Source of the DNA: Rikenella microfusus
Lineage (GTDB): Bacteria; Bacteroidota; Bacteroidia; Bacteroidales; DYQK01
Direction: 5' to 3'
Assembly (NCBI GenBank): GCA_020719385.1
Contig: DYQK01000003.1
Location: forward strand, 1 to 63,270
DNA: 63,270 bases
The notes below the pieces were generated by a model, which ran no database searches, was not told the origin of the DNA, and saw nothing but the letters and a program-made list of their open reading frames with translations. Position numbers and translations under genes: made by a program. Shown piece after piece: positions 31,409 through 41,557 of this stretch. The first letter of the stretch is position 1. The number at the start of each line of letters is the position of its first letter.

Positions 31409-32428
31409 ATGAAGAATACAAAAAAAATTACAATATTTGCAATATGGTGGTTGGTAAGTAGTTTTGTCTGCTTTGCCCAAAATTATACGTCTCTTGAAGA
31501 GGCTGTGCAAAATGCTGACGCAGCAGTGCAGTTAGAGATTGTTGGTCAGTCAGGTTTTACGCAACTAAGTGCTGATATTGGAAAATTGACGAAGTTGGAG
31601 AAATTGTATTTGCAACAAAATCAGTTAACTTCGCTGCCGCCTGAGATAGGCAATTTAACAAATTTAAAAGAATTATTTGTTGATGGAAATCAAATTACTG
31701 CGTTGCCAAAGGAAATCGGAAAACTCAAAAATTTGATTCGTTTGGGTTTAAATGGCAACCAACTGACTACATTGCCTGCCGAGATTGGAGATTTGCAAAA
31801 TTTGGAAGTCTTGTATGCGAGCGAGAATAAGTTAAAAACGCTGCCGAATGAAATTGGAAAGTTAAAAAATCTGCAAGAATTGGATGTGGCTTTCAACGAA
31901 ATTTCTGTTTGTCCATCAGGAATCGGCGGTTTAACTTCGTTAGTCCGACTTTGCATCTCAAATAATCAACTTTCGAGTATTCCTGCCGAGATTGGCGGTT
32001 TAACTTCTTTGCAAGAATTTTCTATAGATGACAACCAACTCAATAGTTTGCCTGCACAAATCGGCAATTTGCGACAATTAGTTGAACTTCGTTTGGCAAA
32101 AAATCAACTTTCGAGTATTCCTGCCGAAATTGGAAATTTGGGAAGTTTAAAAAATTTGTATCTCTCAGACAATAAACTTCGAACATTGCCTTCAGATATT
32201 GGAAAACTAAAAAATGTTGAAACGCTTGATTTATCGGGCAATTCGCTAACTGAAATTCCTAAGGAAATTGGGCAAATGGAAAAATTGAAAGAGTTAAATC
32301 TTTGGAATAACCAACTAACTGCCCTGCCGCCTGAATTGGCAAATTCTAAAAGTTTGCAAAGCATTGGAATCGGGAAAAATAAAATTGAAATTTTACCAAA
32401 AGATTTTAATCGATTTAGTCTTTTTTAA
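31409..32428 (+). CDS. Exported leucine-rich repeat protein
   Basis: Signal peptide then about 12 23-aa LxxLxLxxNxLxxLPxEIG repeats. Confidence 0.9.
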   Translation: MKNTKKITIFAIWWLVSSFVCFAQNYTSLEEAVQNADAAVQLEIVGQSGFTQLSADIGKLTKLEKLYLQQNQLTSLPPEIGNLTNLKELFVDGNQITALPKEIGKLKNLIRLGLNGNQLTTLPAEIGDLQNLEVLYASENKLKTLPNEIGKLKNLQELDVAFNEISVCPSGIGGLTSLVRLCISNNQLSSIPAEIGGLTSLQEFSIDDNQLNSLPAQIGNLRQLVELRLAKNQLSSIPAEIGNLGSLKNLYLSDNKLRTLPSDIGKLKNVETLDLSGNSLTEIPKEIGQMEKLKELNLWNNQLTALPPELANSKSLQSIGIGKNKIEILPKDFNRFSLF

Positions 32429-32457
32429 CAAAAAAATTGCAAATATTTTCGAAAAAA

Positions 32458-32488
32458 AATTTGTCAGATTTTTAGAATCTGACAAATT
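32458..32488. repeat. CTGACA-core REP-like hairpin
   Basis: aatttgtcagatt-tttag-aatctgacaaatt perfect stem. Confidence 0.7.
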
Positions 32489-32745
32489 GTATGATTCTTT
32501 AACGAAAAAATAATTATTGTTTGCATAAAAAAATTAATTTACCGCAAAGTTAAAGTAAACTTTTCAAAAAACCAAATAATTTTCATAAAAAATGTTTTTA
32601 ACTTTGAAGAACTTTTCTCAAAGTTAAATTTTTTTCTCGTTGAAAATGAAGCAGTTAAATATAAAAATATCGAAAATATTTTGCGAGAAATGATAAAAAT
32701 ATCAATTTTTTTTTAATTTTGTGCCAAAAGTTAAAATTTTTCATT

Positions 32746-34194
32746 TTGAAACGGACATTTATCACCAATTTGACTTTACTCATTTTTTTAAATTTATTAG
32801 TCAAACCGTTTTGGATTCTCGGCATTGACCGCACGGTTCAAAACATTGTCGGAGCAGAAGAATATGGTTTTTATTTTTCCTTATTTAATTTCTCTTTATT
32901 GTTAAATATTTTGCTTGACGTCGGAATAACGAATTTTAATAATCGAAATATCGCACAAAATAGACAACTTCTAAGCAAACACTTCTCAAATATTGTTGTT
33001 TTGAAATTTCTTTTGTCAATTGGATATTTTGTGATTTGTCTTGTCGCAGGATATTTTATTGATTATACTTTCGAACATTTTAAAATTCTTTTACTTCTCA
33101 TTTTTAACCAATTTTTATTGTCGTTTATTTTATATTTGCGGTCAAATCTCTCGGCTTTGCATCTTTTTCGAACAGACAGTCTCATCTCTGTCGCAGACCG
33201 TGCCTTAATGATAATTTTGTGCAGCGTTTTGCTGTGGGCAAATCCGTTTAATCAACCCTTTCGCATCGAATGGTTTGTTTACTCGCAAACTATTTCGTAT
33301 TTTTTGACAGCAATTTTGGCATTTGGACGTGTCGGAACGAAATTAGAATTTCTAAAACTCAAAATTGACATCAATTTTTTCCGCGTTATTCTCAAAAAAA
33401 GTTATCCATTTGCTCTTTTAACACTTTTGATGTCTTTTTATAACCGAATCGATTCGGTAATGTTGGAAAGATTACTCCCAAACGGCGAGGAACAAGCAGG
33501 AATTTACGCACAATCTTTTCGAATTCTCGACGCCGCTTCGATGTTTGCATTTTTGTTTGCAGGTTTACTCTTGCCGATGTTCGCAAAAATGATAAAAGAC
33601 CAAAAACCCGTGAACCAATTAGTGCGATTTTCGTTTTTACTTTTGATTGTCCCTTCGGTAATTCTCTCTATAACTTGCCTTTTTTATCGAAAAGAAATTA
33701 TGGAACTACTTTATAATCACCATATTACCGCTTCCGCAGATATTTTTGGAATTTTGATTCTTAGTTTTATTTTCGTCTCCTCCTCGTATATTTTTGGAAC
33801 ACTTTTAACGGCAAACGGAAATCTCAGAGCAATGAATTACATGGCTGCGACAGGAATGTTTCTCAATATTTCGTTGAATTTTTTACTTATTCCCAAATAT
33901 TTCGCATTAGGCTCGGCAATTGCCTCGGTGATAACACAAGGAATTACGGCAATTTTGCAAGTCATTATTGTTCAAAAACTATTTCAATTTCAAATTACAA
34001 AACGACTAATCTTTGTTTTAATTGCCTTCGGAATCGGAACTTTTTTGATAAACGGACTAACAAAAAATTTTATCTCAACTTGGTATCTCGGAATTTTAAT
34101 TTCTGTACTTGGAAGTTTTTTGTGGGCAATTATTCTTAACTTGTTGAATCCCAAAACGTTATATTTTATTTTCAAAACAAGAAATATGGAATAA
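32746..34194 (+). CDS. Polysaccharide flippase (Wzx/MOP family)
   Basis: Many TM helices; NLLVKPFWILGIDRTVQN, RIDSVML, GTLLTANG; probable TTG start. Confidence 0.85.
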   Translation: MKRTFITNLTLLIFLNLLVKPFWILGIDRTVQNIVGAEEYGFYFSLFNFSLLLNILLDVGITNFNNRNIAQNRQLLSKHFSNIVVLKFLLSIGYFVICLVAGYFIDYTFEHFKILLLLIFNQFLLSFILYLRSNLSALHLFRTDSLISVADRALMIILCSVLLWANPFNQPFRIEWFVYSQTISYFLTAILAFGRVGTKLEFLKLKIDINFFRVILKKSYPFALLTLLMSFYNRIDSVMLERLLPNGEEQAGIYAQSFRILDAASMFAFLFAGLLLPMFAKMIKDQKPVNQLVRFSFLLLIVPSVILSITCLFYRKEIMELLYNHHITASADIFGILILSFIFVSSSYIFGTLLTANGNLRAMNYMAATGMFLNISLNFLLIPKYFALGSAIASVITQGITAILQVIIVQKLFQFQITKRLIFVLIAFGIGTFLINGLTKNFISTWYLGILISVLGSFLWAIILNLLNPKTLYFIFKTRNME

Positions 34195-34246
34195 TTTTTT
34201 TTTCTTTTTACAGAAAAAATGTTAACTTTGCGAAAAACCGATTTTT

Positions 34247-36580
34247 ATGAAAACTAAATTTTTACTCATTTTGGCAATATTTTCTGTCTCCGCAACAGGA
34301 ATTATTGTCAGCGATTTTCAGTTGGAACGTATTGTAAATCAATTTGTTACGTTTCATAAATTATATAAACCGCAAAAAATTTATCTACACACAGATAAAA
34401 ATGAATATGCCGCAGGTGAGGAATTGTGGTTTAGCGGCTACTTGTTGGACGCTGAGAATCATCAACTTGATACCTCGCAAACAACAATGTATGTCGATTT
34501 GGTTTCGCCAGAAAAAAAAGTGGTGCAACAACGCACTTTGAAAGTCGAAAAGGGAATTGCCATCGGCGATTTCTCGTTAAAAGATACAATTGCTGAGGGA
34601 AAATATCAACTTCGAGCATACACGGAATGGATGAAAAACGGTATTTCTGAATTTTTCTTTGTAAAAACTATCTCAATAAAAAATCAAAAACGAAGGTTTT
34701 TTACTCTCGAATATTTTTTCGAAATGAAAAGTTTAGCAAAAAAACGGCAAAAAATTGATGTTCAGTTTTTTGCCGAAGGAGGAAATCTTGTCGAAAACAT
34801 CGAGACGCAAATTGCGTTTAAAGGAACAAATATTTTTGGTCAACCTATTGATTTTCAAGGAATTATTTTTGATAAAAAGAAAAATGAAATTGTGCGTTTT
34901 GCCGCCGAACATAACGGAATGGGCAAATTTTCTTTCACACCGAAATCTGATACGAAATATTTCGCAAAAATTTTTCACAACGGCAACGAATTTCGATTTG
35001 ATTTGCCTGAAATTGAAAAAAAAGGATTAATTTTAAACGTTTCTAAGTCGTTGAAAAACACAGAGATAACGGTAAAAACGAATCAAAAAATTTCGCAAGA
35101 TGTATATGCAAATTCATTTTATTTAGTCGGACAAATGCGAGGTAAAATTTATTTTGCAGAGAAAAAAATTCTCGATTCTTGCGTGTATCAATTTTCTATT
35201 CCTGATTCAATTTTTCCAACAGGAATTGCTCAATTTACGTTGTTTAAACCAAACGGAGAACCTGTTGCGGAACGTTTAACTTTTATACAACATAATGATT
35301 TTCCGAGAGTTACAATAAAAACTTCAAGAGAAAAAGAGAAAATTAAATTTGAGATTTCGTTAAATCAACAAGTTGCAGGTTTTGCTTCTTTGTCTGCGGT
35401 GCAAATGCCACAAGTACTTGATAATCAAAATATTATCTCAAATTTATTGTTGACATCAGACCTAACAGGTAATATCGAAAATCCTGCTTATTATTTCGAT
35501 TTGAAAAATGAAAATCGGGAAAAATATCTCGATTTAGTAATGCTAACAAACGGCTGGCGGCGTTTTGTGTGGAAAAAAATTTTAACCGATTCGATTCCAA
35601 AACCAACATTTAAAAAAGAGCAACAACTTTGCGTTTCAGGAAAAATAAACAAATTATTTTTCAAACTTCCATCACCCAATTCTCCCGTAACTCTCACAAT
35701 ATTAAATCAATACAACGATTCTTACTCGCTGCGAACCAACGAAAAAGGTGAATTTTGTTTCTCAAATTTGAATTATTACGACACTCTTGACGTTTTGCTT
35801 GAGGCACGAAGCATCGCAAATAAAAAAAATATTTTGATTCTCTTAGACGAGCCGCAAATTCCAAATGTTATTTTTCGTTCAATTTTGCAAATCGATTCGC
35901 AAGTTTTTGCGATGAAAAAACGTTATCAAAAACCAAGAATTTATGAGAAAGTTGATTTTAACGCAGAAAAAAAGTCAGAATCGGGCATTCATCAACGTGC
36001 AGACCACATTGTGCGTCTCACCGACAACGACAGAACGCGTTATTCCAACATTTTTCAGGTTTTGCAGGCAAATGTGCCTGGAATAAGAGTGCAAAATTAC
36101 GGCAATTCGATGCACTCAACAATTCGTGGTCCCAAAAGTTTAGTGGCAGGCAGCGACCCGCTTTACCTTATTGACGATATGCCCGTGGATGACGAGGCAG
36201 TTAACTCGTTAAATATTTGGGATGTTGACAGAATCGAGATTTTGAAAGGTGCAGGTGCGGCAGTTTACGGTTCAAGAGGCGGCAACGGAGTAATTGCCAT
36301 TTATACGCAAAAAGGTCATTTTATGAAACGCGGCGAAATAAATTTTAAAAAATCAGGTTTTTATCGGGCAAAAGAATTTTACTCACCGAAATATACGGCA
36401 GAAACAATTTTTGCTCAAAATAAAACTATTTTTTGGTTTCCTAAAATCGAAATTGACAAATTGGGAAAAATAATTATCTCGAAAAATTCAGATTTCAAAG
36501 GCGTTTTTTATCTCTGTCTCGAAGGAATTTCTCTTGACGGCAAGCCATTTTTCATTTTTCAGACAGAAGAAATAAATTAA
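34247..36580 (+). CDS. MG2-domain / TonB-plug-domain protein without beta-barrel
   Basis: KIYLHTDK, YQLRAYTEWM, QFFAEGG, LLLTSDL.G.IENP, LDLVMLTNGWRRF, IEILKG..AAVYGSRGGNGVIAIYT. Confidence 0.85.
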   Translation: MKTKFLLILAIFSVSATGIIVSDFQLERIVNQFVTFHKLYKPQKIYLHTDKNEYAAGEELWFSGYLLDAENHQLDTSQTTMYVDLVSPEKKVVQQRTLKVEKGIAIGDFSLKDTIAEGKYQLRAYTEWMKNGISEFFFVKTISIKNQKRRFFTLEYFFEMKSLAKKRQKIDVQFFAEGGNLVENIETQIAFKGTNIFGQPIDFQGIIFDKKKNEIVRFAAEHNGMGKFSFTPKSDTKYFAKIFHNGNEFRFDLPEIEKKGLILNVSKSLKNTEITVKTNQKISQDVYANSFYLVGQMRGKIYFAEKKILDSCVYQFSIPDSIFPTGIAQFTLFKPNGEPVAERLTFIQHNDFPRVTIKTSREKEKIKFEISLNQQVAGFASLSAVQMPQVLDNQNIISNLLLTSDLTGNIENPAYYFDLKNENREKYLDLVMLTNGWRRFVWKKILTDSIPKPTFKKEQQLCVSGKINKLFFKLPSPNSPVTLTILNQYNDSYSLRTNEKGEFCFSNLNYYDTLDVLLEARSIANKKNILILLDEPQIPNVIFRSILQIDSQVFAMKKRYQKPRIYEKVDFNAEKKSESGIHQRADHIVRLTDNDRTRYSNIFQVLQANVPGIRVQNYGNSMHSTIRGPKSLVAGSDPLYLIDDMPVDDEAVNSLNIWDVDRIEILKGAGAAVYGSRGGNGVIAIYTQKGHFMKRGEINFKKSGFYRAKEFYSPKYTAETIFAQNKTIFWFPKIEIDKLGKIIISKNSDFKGVFYLCLEGISLDGKPFFIFQTEEIN

Positions 36581-36639
36581 TTTTCAAAAAAAGAGTAATG
36601 AAATCATTTTTTATTACTCTTTTTAACAAATTTTTTAAT

Positions 36640-38223
36640 TTACAAAGAATTTTTTACTTGACTCGGTAAAAATTTTTTCGAAAATTCGAAAAAATAAACA
36701 AAAAAACACAAAATAAACGCAAAATCATACACTTTTATATATCGACTATAATACATATATTTGTTTGTCGAGATGAAAAATGTACCCAAAATCAAAAAAT
36801 TCAGAAAAATAACCCAAATAATCAACGGCGTATTTCTCAAAACCGAGTTTTTAAATCGCAAAATTATTATCGGAATCGTTAAAAGTGTCAGTAAAATATA
36901 CATCGTTGATGGTTTTATAGAATTAAAAAACTCGAAATCATAAATTAACCATCCTTTTTTCCCATTTATATCGTCAAAAATGTCGGCAGGATATTTCAAA
37001 ATTAAAAAAATCAACACCAAAAGAGTCAAAAAATATTCAATTTTGAAAAAATTTTCCGTTTTGAGAATAAATTTCTTTACAATTTGCGAAAAACTTTCCA
37101 TCAGAAATAACGCAAGAATCAAAATCAAAAATAAATACGGCGAAAAAGCGGCAAGCATTCTGTAAACGGTCAATTCGAAAATTTTTTCAGGAAAAGTGAA
37201 ATAAAAATTGATTACTTTTTTGAGATATTGCGTATTCGGAATATTGTCGTGATAAAAAAGTGCTTCTTTTTTGTCTTGCCAGCAACCCGAAATCCACCAT
37301 CCTTTTGTAAATTCGTTGTGAGTATCTAAAAATAACGATTCTGACTGCGTTGACTGAAGGTGAAATTCGCCTGTTTTCGCAAATATAAACAGCGGCCAAG
37401 GAGCAAAAAATATCGCAAAAGAAAAACCAATTATCAATAAATGACGAATTAATTTTTTTTCTCTCGTTTTAAAATAGCGAAAAAACTCGACTGCAAAAAA
37501 TATCAACGGAATAAACAGCAAACTTCCCTTAACCAACCACGCAAAAGCGAAGGAAAAACCAAAAATGCACAACGTAAAAATATTTGTGCGATAAGTATAC
37601 AAAATATACGCCGCAACAATGAACCAAACCGCAAAAGCCGTTATGGCTTCGGTCATCAAAGATTCGGAAAGTTTAAATGTTGTTGCGATATAAATCGGAC
37701 TTGCAACGATTCCTGCGATAAAACCCGTTTTTTTCCAAAAATATTTCCCCAAAAAAGGCAACGAAGCGGCAATTAAACACAAAGAAAGTAACTGAATTTT
37801 TTTTGCGATAAGCACATTTATCCCAAAAATTTTATAAATTAACCCCAAAACGAAAGGATACGCAGGTGTTCTGTAAAAATCATAATTTCCTTTTGCGTTC
37901 ATAAAAAATTCTGTATTATTGAAATCTCCGTAGCCGAATCGGTAAGTTTCGAAAGGTTCGAGACCGCCGAAACGTTGAATTCCGTGTCCTTTCGCAAAGT
38001 TTACCGCCATTGACTGATATTCCCATTCGTCGCCGCCGAACCAAGCAAAAAGCGATAAATTCGCAAAATTCAGAAATATAAAATAAAAAAGAAGCGTCAA
38101 AGAAATTGTTAACGCAGGAAAAAACCATTTTTTCGCAAATAAATTTTCAAGCGAAAAAGAATTTTCATTTTTTTTCGAAACAGAAATTTTATTCTGTCTT
38201 TGAGAATTTTCACTTTTTTTCAT
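36640..38223 (-). CDS. GT-C fold membrane glycosyltransferase (ArnT/GT39-like)
   Basis: GDEWEY, YRTPAYP, LMTEA, many TM helices. Confidence 0.7.
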   Translation of the reverse strand: MKKSENSQRQNKISVSKKNENSFSLENLFAKKWFFPALTISLTLLFYFIFLNFANLSLFAWFGGDEWEYQSMAVNFAKGHGIQRFGGLEPFETYRFGYGDFNNTEFFMNAKGNYDFYRTPAYPFVLGLIYKIFGINVLIAKKIQLLSLCLIAASLPFLGKYFWKKTGFIAGIVASPIYIATTFKLSESLMTEAITAFAVWFIVAAYILYTYRTNIFTLCIFGFSFAFAWLVKGSLLFIPLIFFAVEFFRYFKTREKKLIRHLLIIGFSFAIFFAPWPLFIFAKTGEFHLQSTQSESLFLDTHNEFTKGWWISGCWQDKKEALFYHDNIPNTQYLKKVINFYFTFPEKIFELTVYRMLAAFSPYLFLILILALFLMESFSQIVKKFILKTENFFKIEYFLTLLVLIFLILKYPADIFDDINGKKGWLIYDFEFFNSIKPSTMYILLTLLTIPIIILRFKNSVLRNTPLIIWVIFLNFLILGTFFISTNKYMYYSRYIKVYDFAFILCFFVYFFEFSKKFLPSQVKNSL

Positions 38224-38315
38224 AAAATTTTTTAAAATTTTCGCTGCAAAAATATAAAAATTTTGCAAAATAAAATTATTTTTTTACTTTTGTAATGTTA
38301 AAATTTGAGAAAAAA

Positions 38316-38747
38316 ATGAAATTTTATTTGTTTTTTTGTTTATTTTTTGGGATTTTTAATTCTTTCGCTCAAAACGAGGTTACGATTTCGATGGATGCAC
38401 CCAACGAGATTGAGTCAGGAACAATTTTTAATATTGAGATAAAAATTCAAAAATCGCAACTTCGATGTTTTGCAGAGATGACGCAATCTTTGCCCGCAGG
38501 ATTTAAAATTATTTCGGGGCAAGGCGGAGCAGCCGAGTTTGTGAAAAATAATAACGAAGTGAAATTTATTTGGTTGCGTTTGCCCCAAAATCCGCAGATT
38601 TCGGTGTCGTATAAAGTTGAAGTTGCCCCGAATATCGAGGGAAATTTTACTTTGAAAGGAAATTTTGCTTGTCAAGAAAATAATCGTTTGGGGAAAATTG
38701 CGATTCCTGAATTGTCAATAAAAGTTAAAAAACCTGCGAAAAAATAA
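38316..38747 (+). CDS. Exported hypothetical beta-sandwich protein
   Basis: Signal peptide; QSLPAGF, VKFIWLRLP. Confidence 0.65.
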   Translation: MKFYLFFCLFFGIFNSFAQNEVTISMDAPNEIESGTIFNIEIKIQKSQLRCFAEMTQSLPAGFKIISGQGGAAEFVKNNNEVKFIWLRLPQNPQISVSYKVEVAPNIEGNFTLKGNFACQENNRLGKIAIPELSIKVKKPAKK

Positions 38748-39463
38748 TGTCATTGATTTTACTTATCGAAACTGCCACAGAGATTTGCTCTGTCGCTCTT
38801 CAAAAAGACGGAAAACTGCTCGCAAAACGAGAAAGCAGCGAGGAAAAAGTTCACAGCACCTCGCTGACAATTTTTATTCAAGAAATTTTAACTGAAACGA
38901 ATATCAAAATCAACGATATTGACGCAGTTGCGGTGAGTTCTGGTCCGGGTTCTTACACAGGACTTCGAATTGGTGCGGCAACGGCGAAGGCTATTTCGTA
39001 TGCGTTGGAGAAATCTTTGATTGCGATAAATACGTTGCAGTCGCTTGCGGCGTTGTTTTTGGAAAACATTTTTAAACCGCAATTTCTTGATAATCAAGAG
39101 AATAATGTTTATTTTTGTCCGATGCTTGACGCAAAGCGAATGGAAGTTTATTGTGCAATTTTTGACAAAAATCTCGATTTTGTAAAACCAACTTTTGCAG
39201 AAATCGTTACAGAAAATTCTTTTTCAGAATTTTTGGAAACGAGAAAAGTTTTTTTCTTCGGAAACGGTGCGGCGAAATGTAAATCGTTGATAAAAAATTC
39301 TAACGCTATTTTTATCGAAAATTTTGCGTTGTCTGCACAAGGAATGTGTTTTTTGTCGGAAAAAAAGTTTTTGGAGAAAAATTTCGAAAATATTGCGTAT
39401 TTCGAACCGTTTTATTTGAAAGAATTTCAAGCAGTAATAAAACCAAGTCCTTTTGAGAAGTGA
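38747..39463 (+). CDS. tsaB: t6A biosynthesis protein TsaB
   Basis: IETATEICSVAL, GPGSYTGLRIG, DAKRMEVY, FEPFYLK. Confidence 0.95.
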   Translation: MSLILLIETATEICSVALQKDGKLLAKRESSEEKVHSTSLTIFIQEILTETNIKINDIDAVAVSSGPGSYTGLRIGAATAKAISYALEKSLIAINTLQSLAALFLENIFKPQFLDNQENNVYFCPMLDAKRMEVYCAIFDKNLDFVKPTFAEIVTENSFSEFLETRKVFFFGNGAAKCKSLIKNSNAIFIENFALSAQGMCFLSEKKFLEKNFENIAYFEPFYLKEFQAVIKPSPFEK

Positions 39464-39467
39464 AATT

Positions 39468-41426
39468 TTAATTTTTCTCGAAATATCTCTCTAAAATACG
39501 GTACAAAAGCGAGGGGCGAATTGGTTTGCTGATAAAATCATTGCAACCTGCTTCGAAAAGCAATTTCTTCTCACTTCCAAGAGCAAAAACCGTTTGGGCA
39601 ATAATTGGAATATTCGGGTTAATCTCTTTGATTCGGCGTGTCGATTCGTAACCATCCATAACGGGCATTTTCATATCCATCAAAATTAAATCAATAGAAT
39701 CTCGATTTTGCAAATACGTTTCGACAGCATCTTTGCCATTTTTTGAGTGTAAAATTTTTGCTTTTGTCAATTCTAAAACTTCTTGCAGAAAGAAATAGTT
39801 AAAATCCTCGTCTTCGACAATTAAAATGGTTTTATTATTCCATTGATGGTGCGAAAACTCGGCTAAAACTTTTTTCTCATCGGAATATTTTATCGGAATT
39901 GTAAACGAAAATTTTGTTCCCTGACGAAACGTAGATTCGACAGAAATGTTGCCGTGCAATAATTCTATCATTCGTTTTGCGATAGTTAGTCCGAGTCCGA
40001 GACCGCCGTAAATTTGCGAGGAATCGTCATTAACTTTGCGAAATCTGTCGAAAATATGAGGCAAATTTTCCTCACTAATTCCAATTCCTGTATCTTTAAC
40101 AAAAAACGTTATCTCTCTTTTATTGGGAAGCGAAAAACCAAACTCGATAAAACCTTTGTGCGTGAATTTCAATGCGTTAGACAAAAAATTTGTGAGAATT
40201 TGTTTCAAACGTCTCTCGTCTGCAAGAATTTTCAAATTTTTATAATCATCAGGAATCTGCAAAATAACATTCAAATGTGCTTTGTCTTTTTTAAATTTTT
40301 CCTCGTTGATCTTCCCTCGCAATTCCTCAAGCATTTTTGCCACATTACACTCAATTTCCATAATTTTTATACTTCCCGATTCGAGTTGCGAAACTTCCAT
40401 AATATCGTCAAAAAGGTGCAAAAGCGTAGAATTTGCTTCGAAAATATATTCTTTGTACTTTTCCCGCTGCTCTTTGCTCACTTCTTCGAGAATTATCAAC
40501 TCGGAAAAACCTAAAATAACATTTAACGGAGTGCGAATCTCGTGAGAAATATTTGATAAAAACGCAGTTTTTAACCTATCAGACTCTTCGATTTTCATCA
40601 ACGCCTCTTGAAGTTTTAATTCTGCTTCTTTTTGCTCAGTAATATCGTGAATTATAGAATACAAAAATAATTGTTCATTGATTTTTATTGGAACATAAAA
40701 ACTTTCGATAAAACGAATTTCTTTATTTGCGAGATAATGTTGAAACTCAAAATGATTTTTGGTTCGCATAGCAGACTCTTTTATTATCAAATTCATTTTT
40801 TCCCGCCCTAAAACATTAATATCGCCGATATGTTTGGTTAAAAATTCCTCTTTCGAGTAACCGTAAAAGCGACAAGCCGCCTCGTTTGCGTCAGAGATAA
40901 AACCTGTTTCGACATCAATTAAAATTAAATTCGCAAGATTTTTTTCAAAAAGTTGACGGTAACGATTCTCACTCTCGGCAAGTTGATAATTGGAGTGATT
41001 TAAGTCCTTCTGTAGTTGTTGATTTAAAATTTTTAACTGAAATTCTGCTTTTTTGATTCGCAACATTACTTTTATTTGTGCGATAAGTTCCCCCTCGTCA
41101 ATAGGTTTTGACAAAAAAGCATCTGCACCTAACTCTAAACCACGAATACGACTTTTTGTATCCGTATAAGCGGCAGTTAACATTATTATCGGAATATTTC
41201 TCGTTAACTCATTATTTTTCAAGCAGTTACAAACCTCGTAACCGTCCATAACAGGCATTAAAATATCAAGCAAAACGACATCGGGTTCTTCTTTTATTGC
41301 ATAAGAGATTCCTTCGCTGCCCGAAAGTGCGGTAATAATCATACTTTCAGGCAACAAATTGCGAAGCAACGCTTTAACAGAAATTAAATTGTCAATTTTG
41401 TCATCAATAACTAAAATTTTTATCAT
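39468..41426 (-). CDS. Hybrid histidine kinase (REC-PAS-HisKA-HATPase-REC)
   Basis: LLDILMP, ISHEIRTPLN, NALKFT, DTGIG, GLGLGL, LMDMKMP. Confidence 0.93.
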   Translation of the reverse strand: MIKILVIDDKIDNLISVKALLRNLLPESMIITALSGSEGISYAIKEEPDVVLLDILMPVMDGYEVCNCLKNNELTRNIPIIMLTAAYTDTKSRIRGLELGADAFLSKPIDEGELIAQIKVMLRIKKAEFQLKILNQQLQKDLNHSNYQLAESENRYRQLFEKNLANLILIDVETGFISDANEAACRFYGYSKEEFLTKHIGDINVLGREKMNLIIKESAMRTKNHFEFQHYLANKEIRFIESFYVPIKINEQLFLYSIIHDITEQKEAELKLQEALMKIEESDRLKTAFLSNISHEIRTPLNVILGFSELIILEEVSKEQREKYKEYIFEANSTLLHLFDDIMEVSQLESGSIKIMEIECNVAKMLEELRGKINEEKFKKDKAHLNVILQIPDDYKNLKILADERRLKQILTNFLSNALKFTHKGFIEFGFSLPNKREITFFVKDTGIGISEENLPHIFDRFRKVNDDSSQIYGGLGLGLTIAKRMIELLHGNISVESTFRQGTKFSFTIPIKYSDEKKVLAEFSHHQWNNKTILIVEDEDFNYFFLQEVLELTKAKILHSKNGKDAVETYLQNRDSIDLILMDMKMPVMDGYESTRRIKEINPNIPIIAQTVFALGSEKKLLFEAGCNDFISKPIRPSLLYRILERYFEKN

Positions 41427-41516
41427 AAAATTTTTTAATGAAAAAAATAATTTACAAATATAAACAAAAATTTTATAATTTGCAAACTATTTTAGAAAAA
41501 AAATATTTATTCTCGT

Positions 41517-41554
41517 AAAAATTCTGTCAAATTTTTTTATCTGACAGAATTTTT
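41517..41554. repeat. CTGACA-core REP-like hairpin after trkH
   Basis: aaaaattctgtca...tgacagaattttt. Confidence 0.7.
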
Positions 41555-41557
41555 TTG

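Noticed and set aside
31960..32130. DNA direct repeat aatcaactttcgagtattcctgccga
   Set aside because: Explained by the LRR coding repeats; not a CRISPR array or DGR
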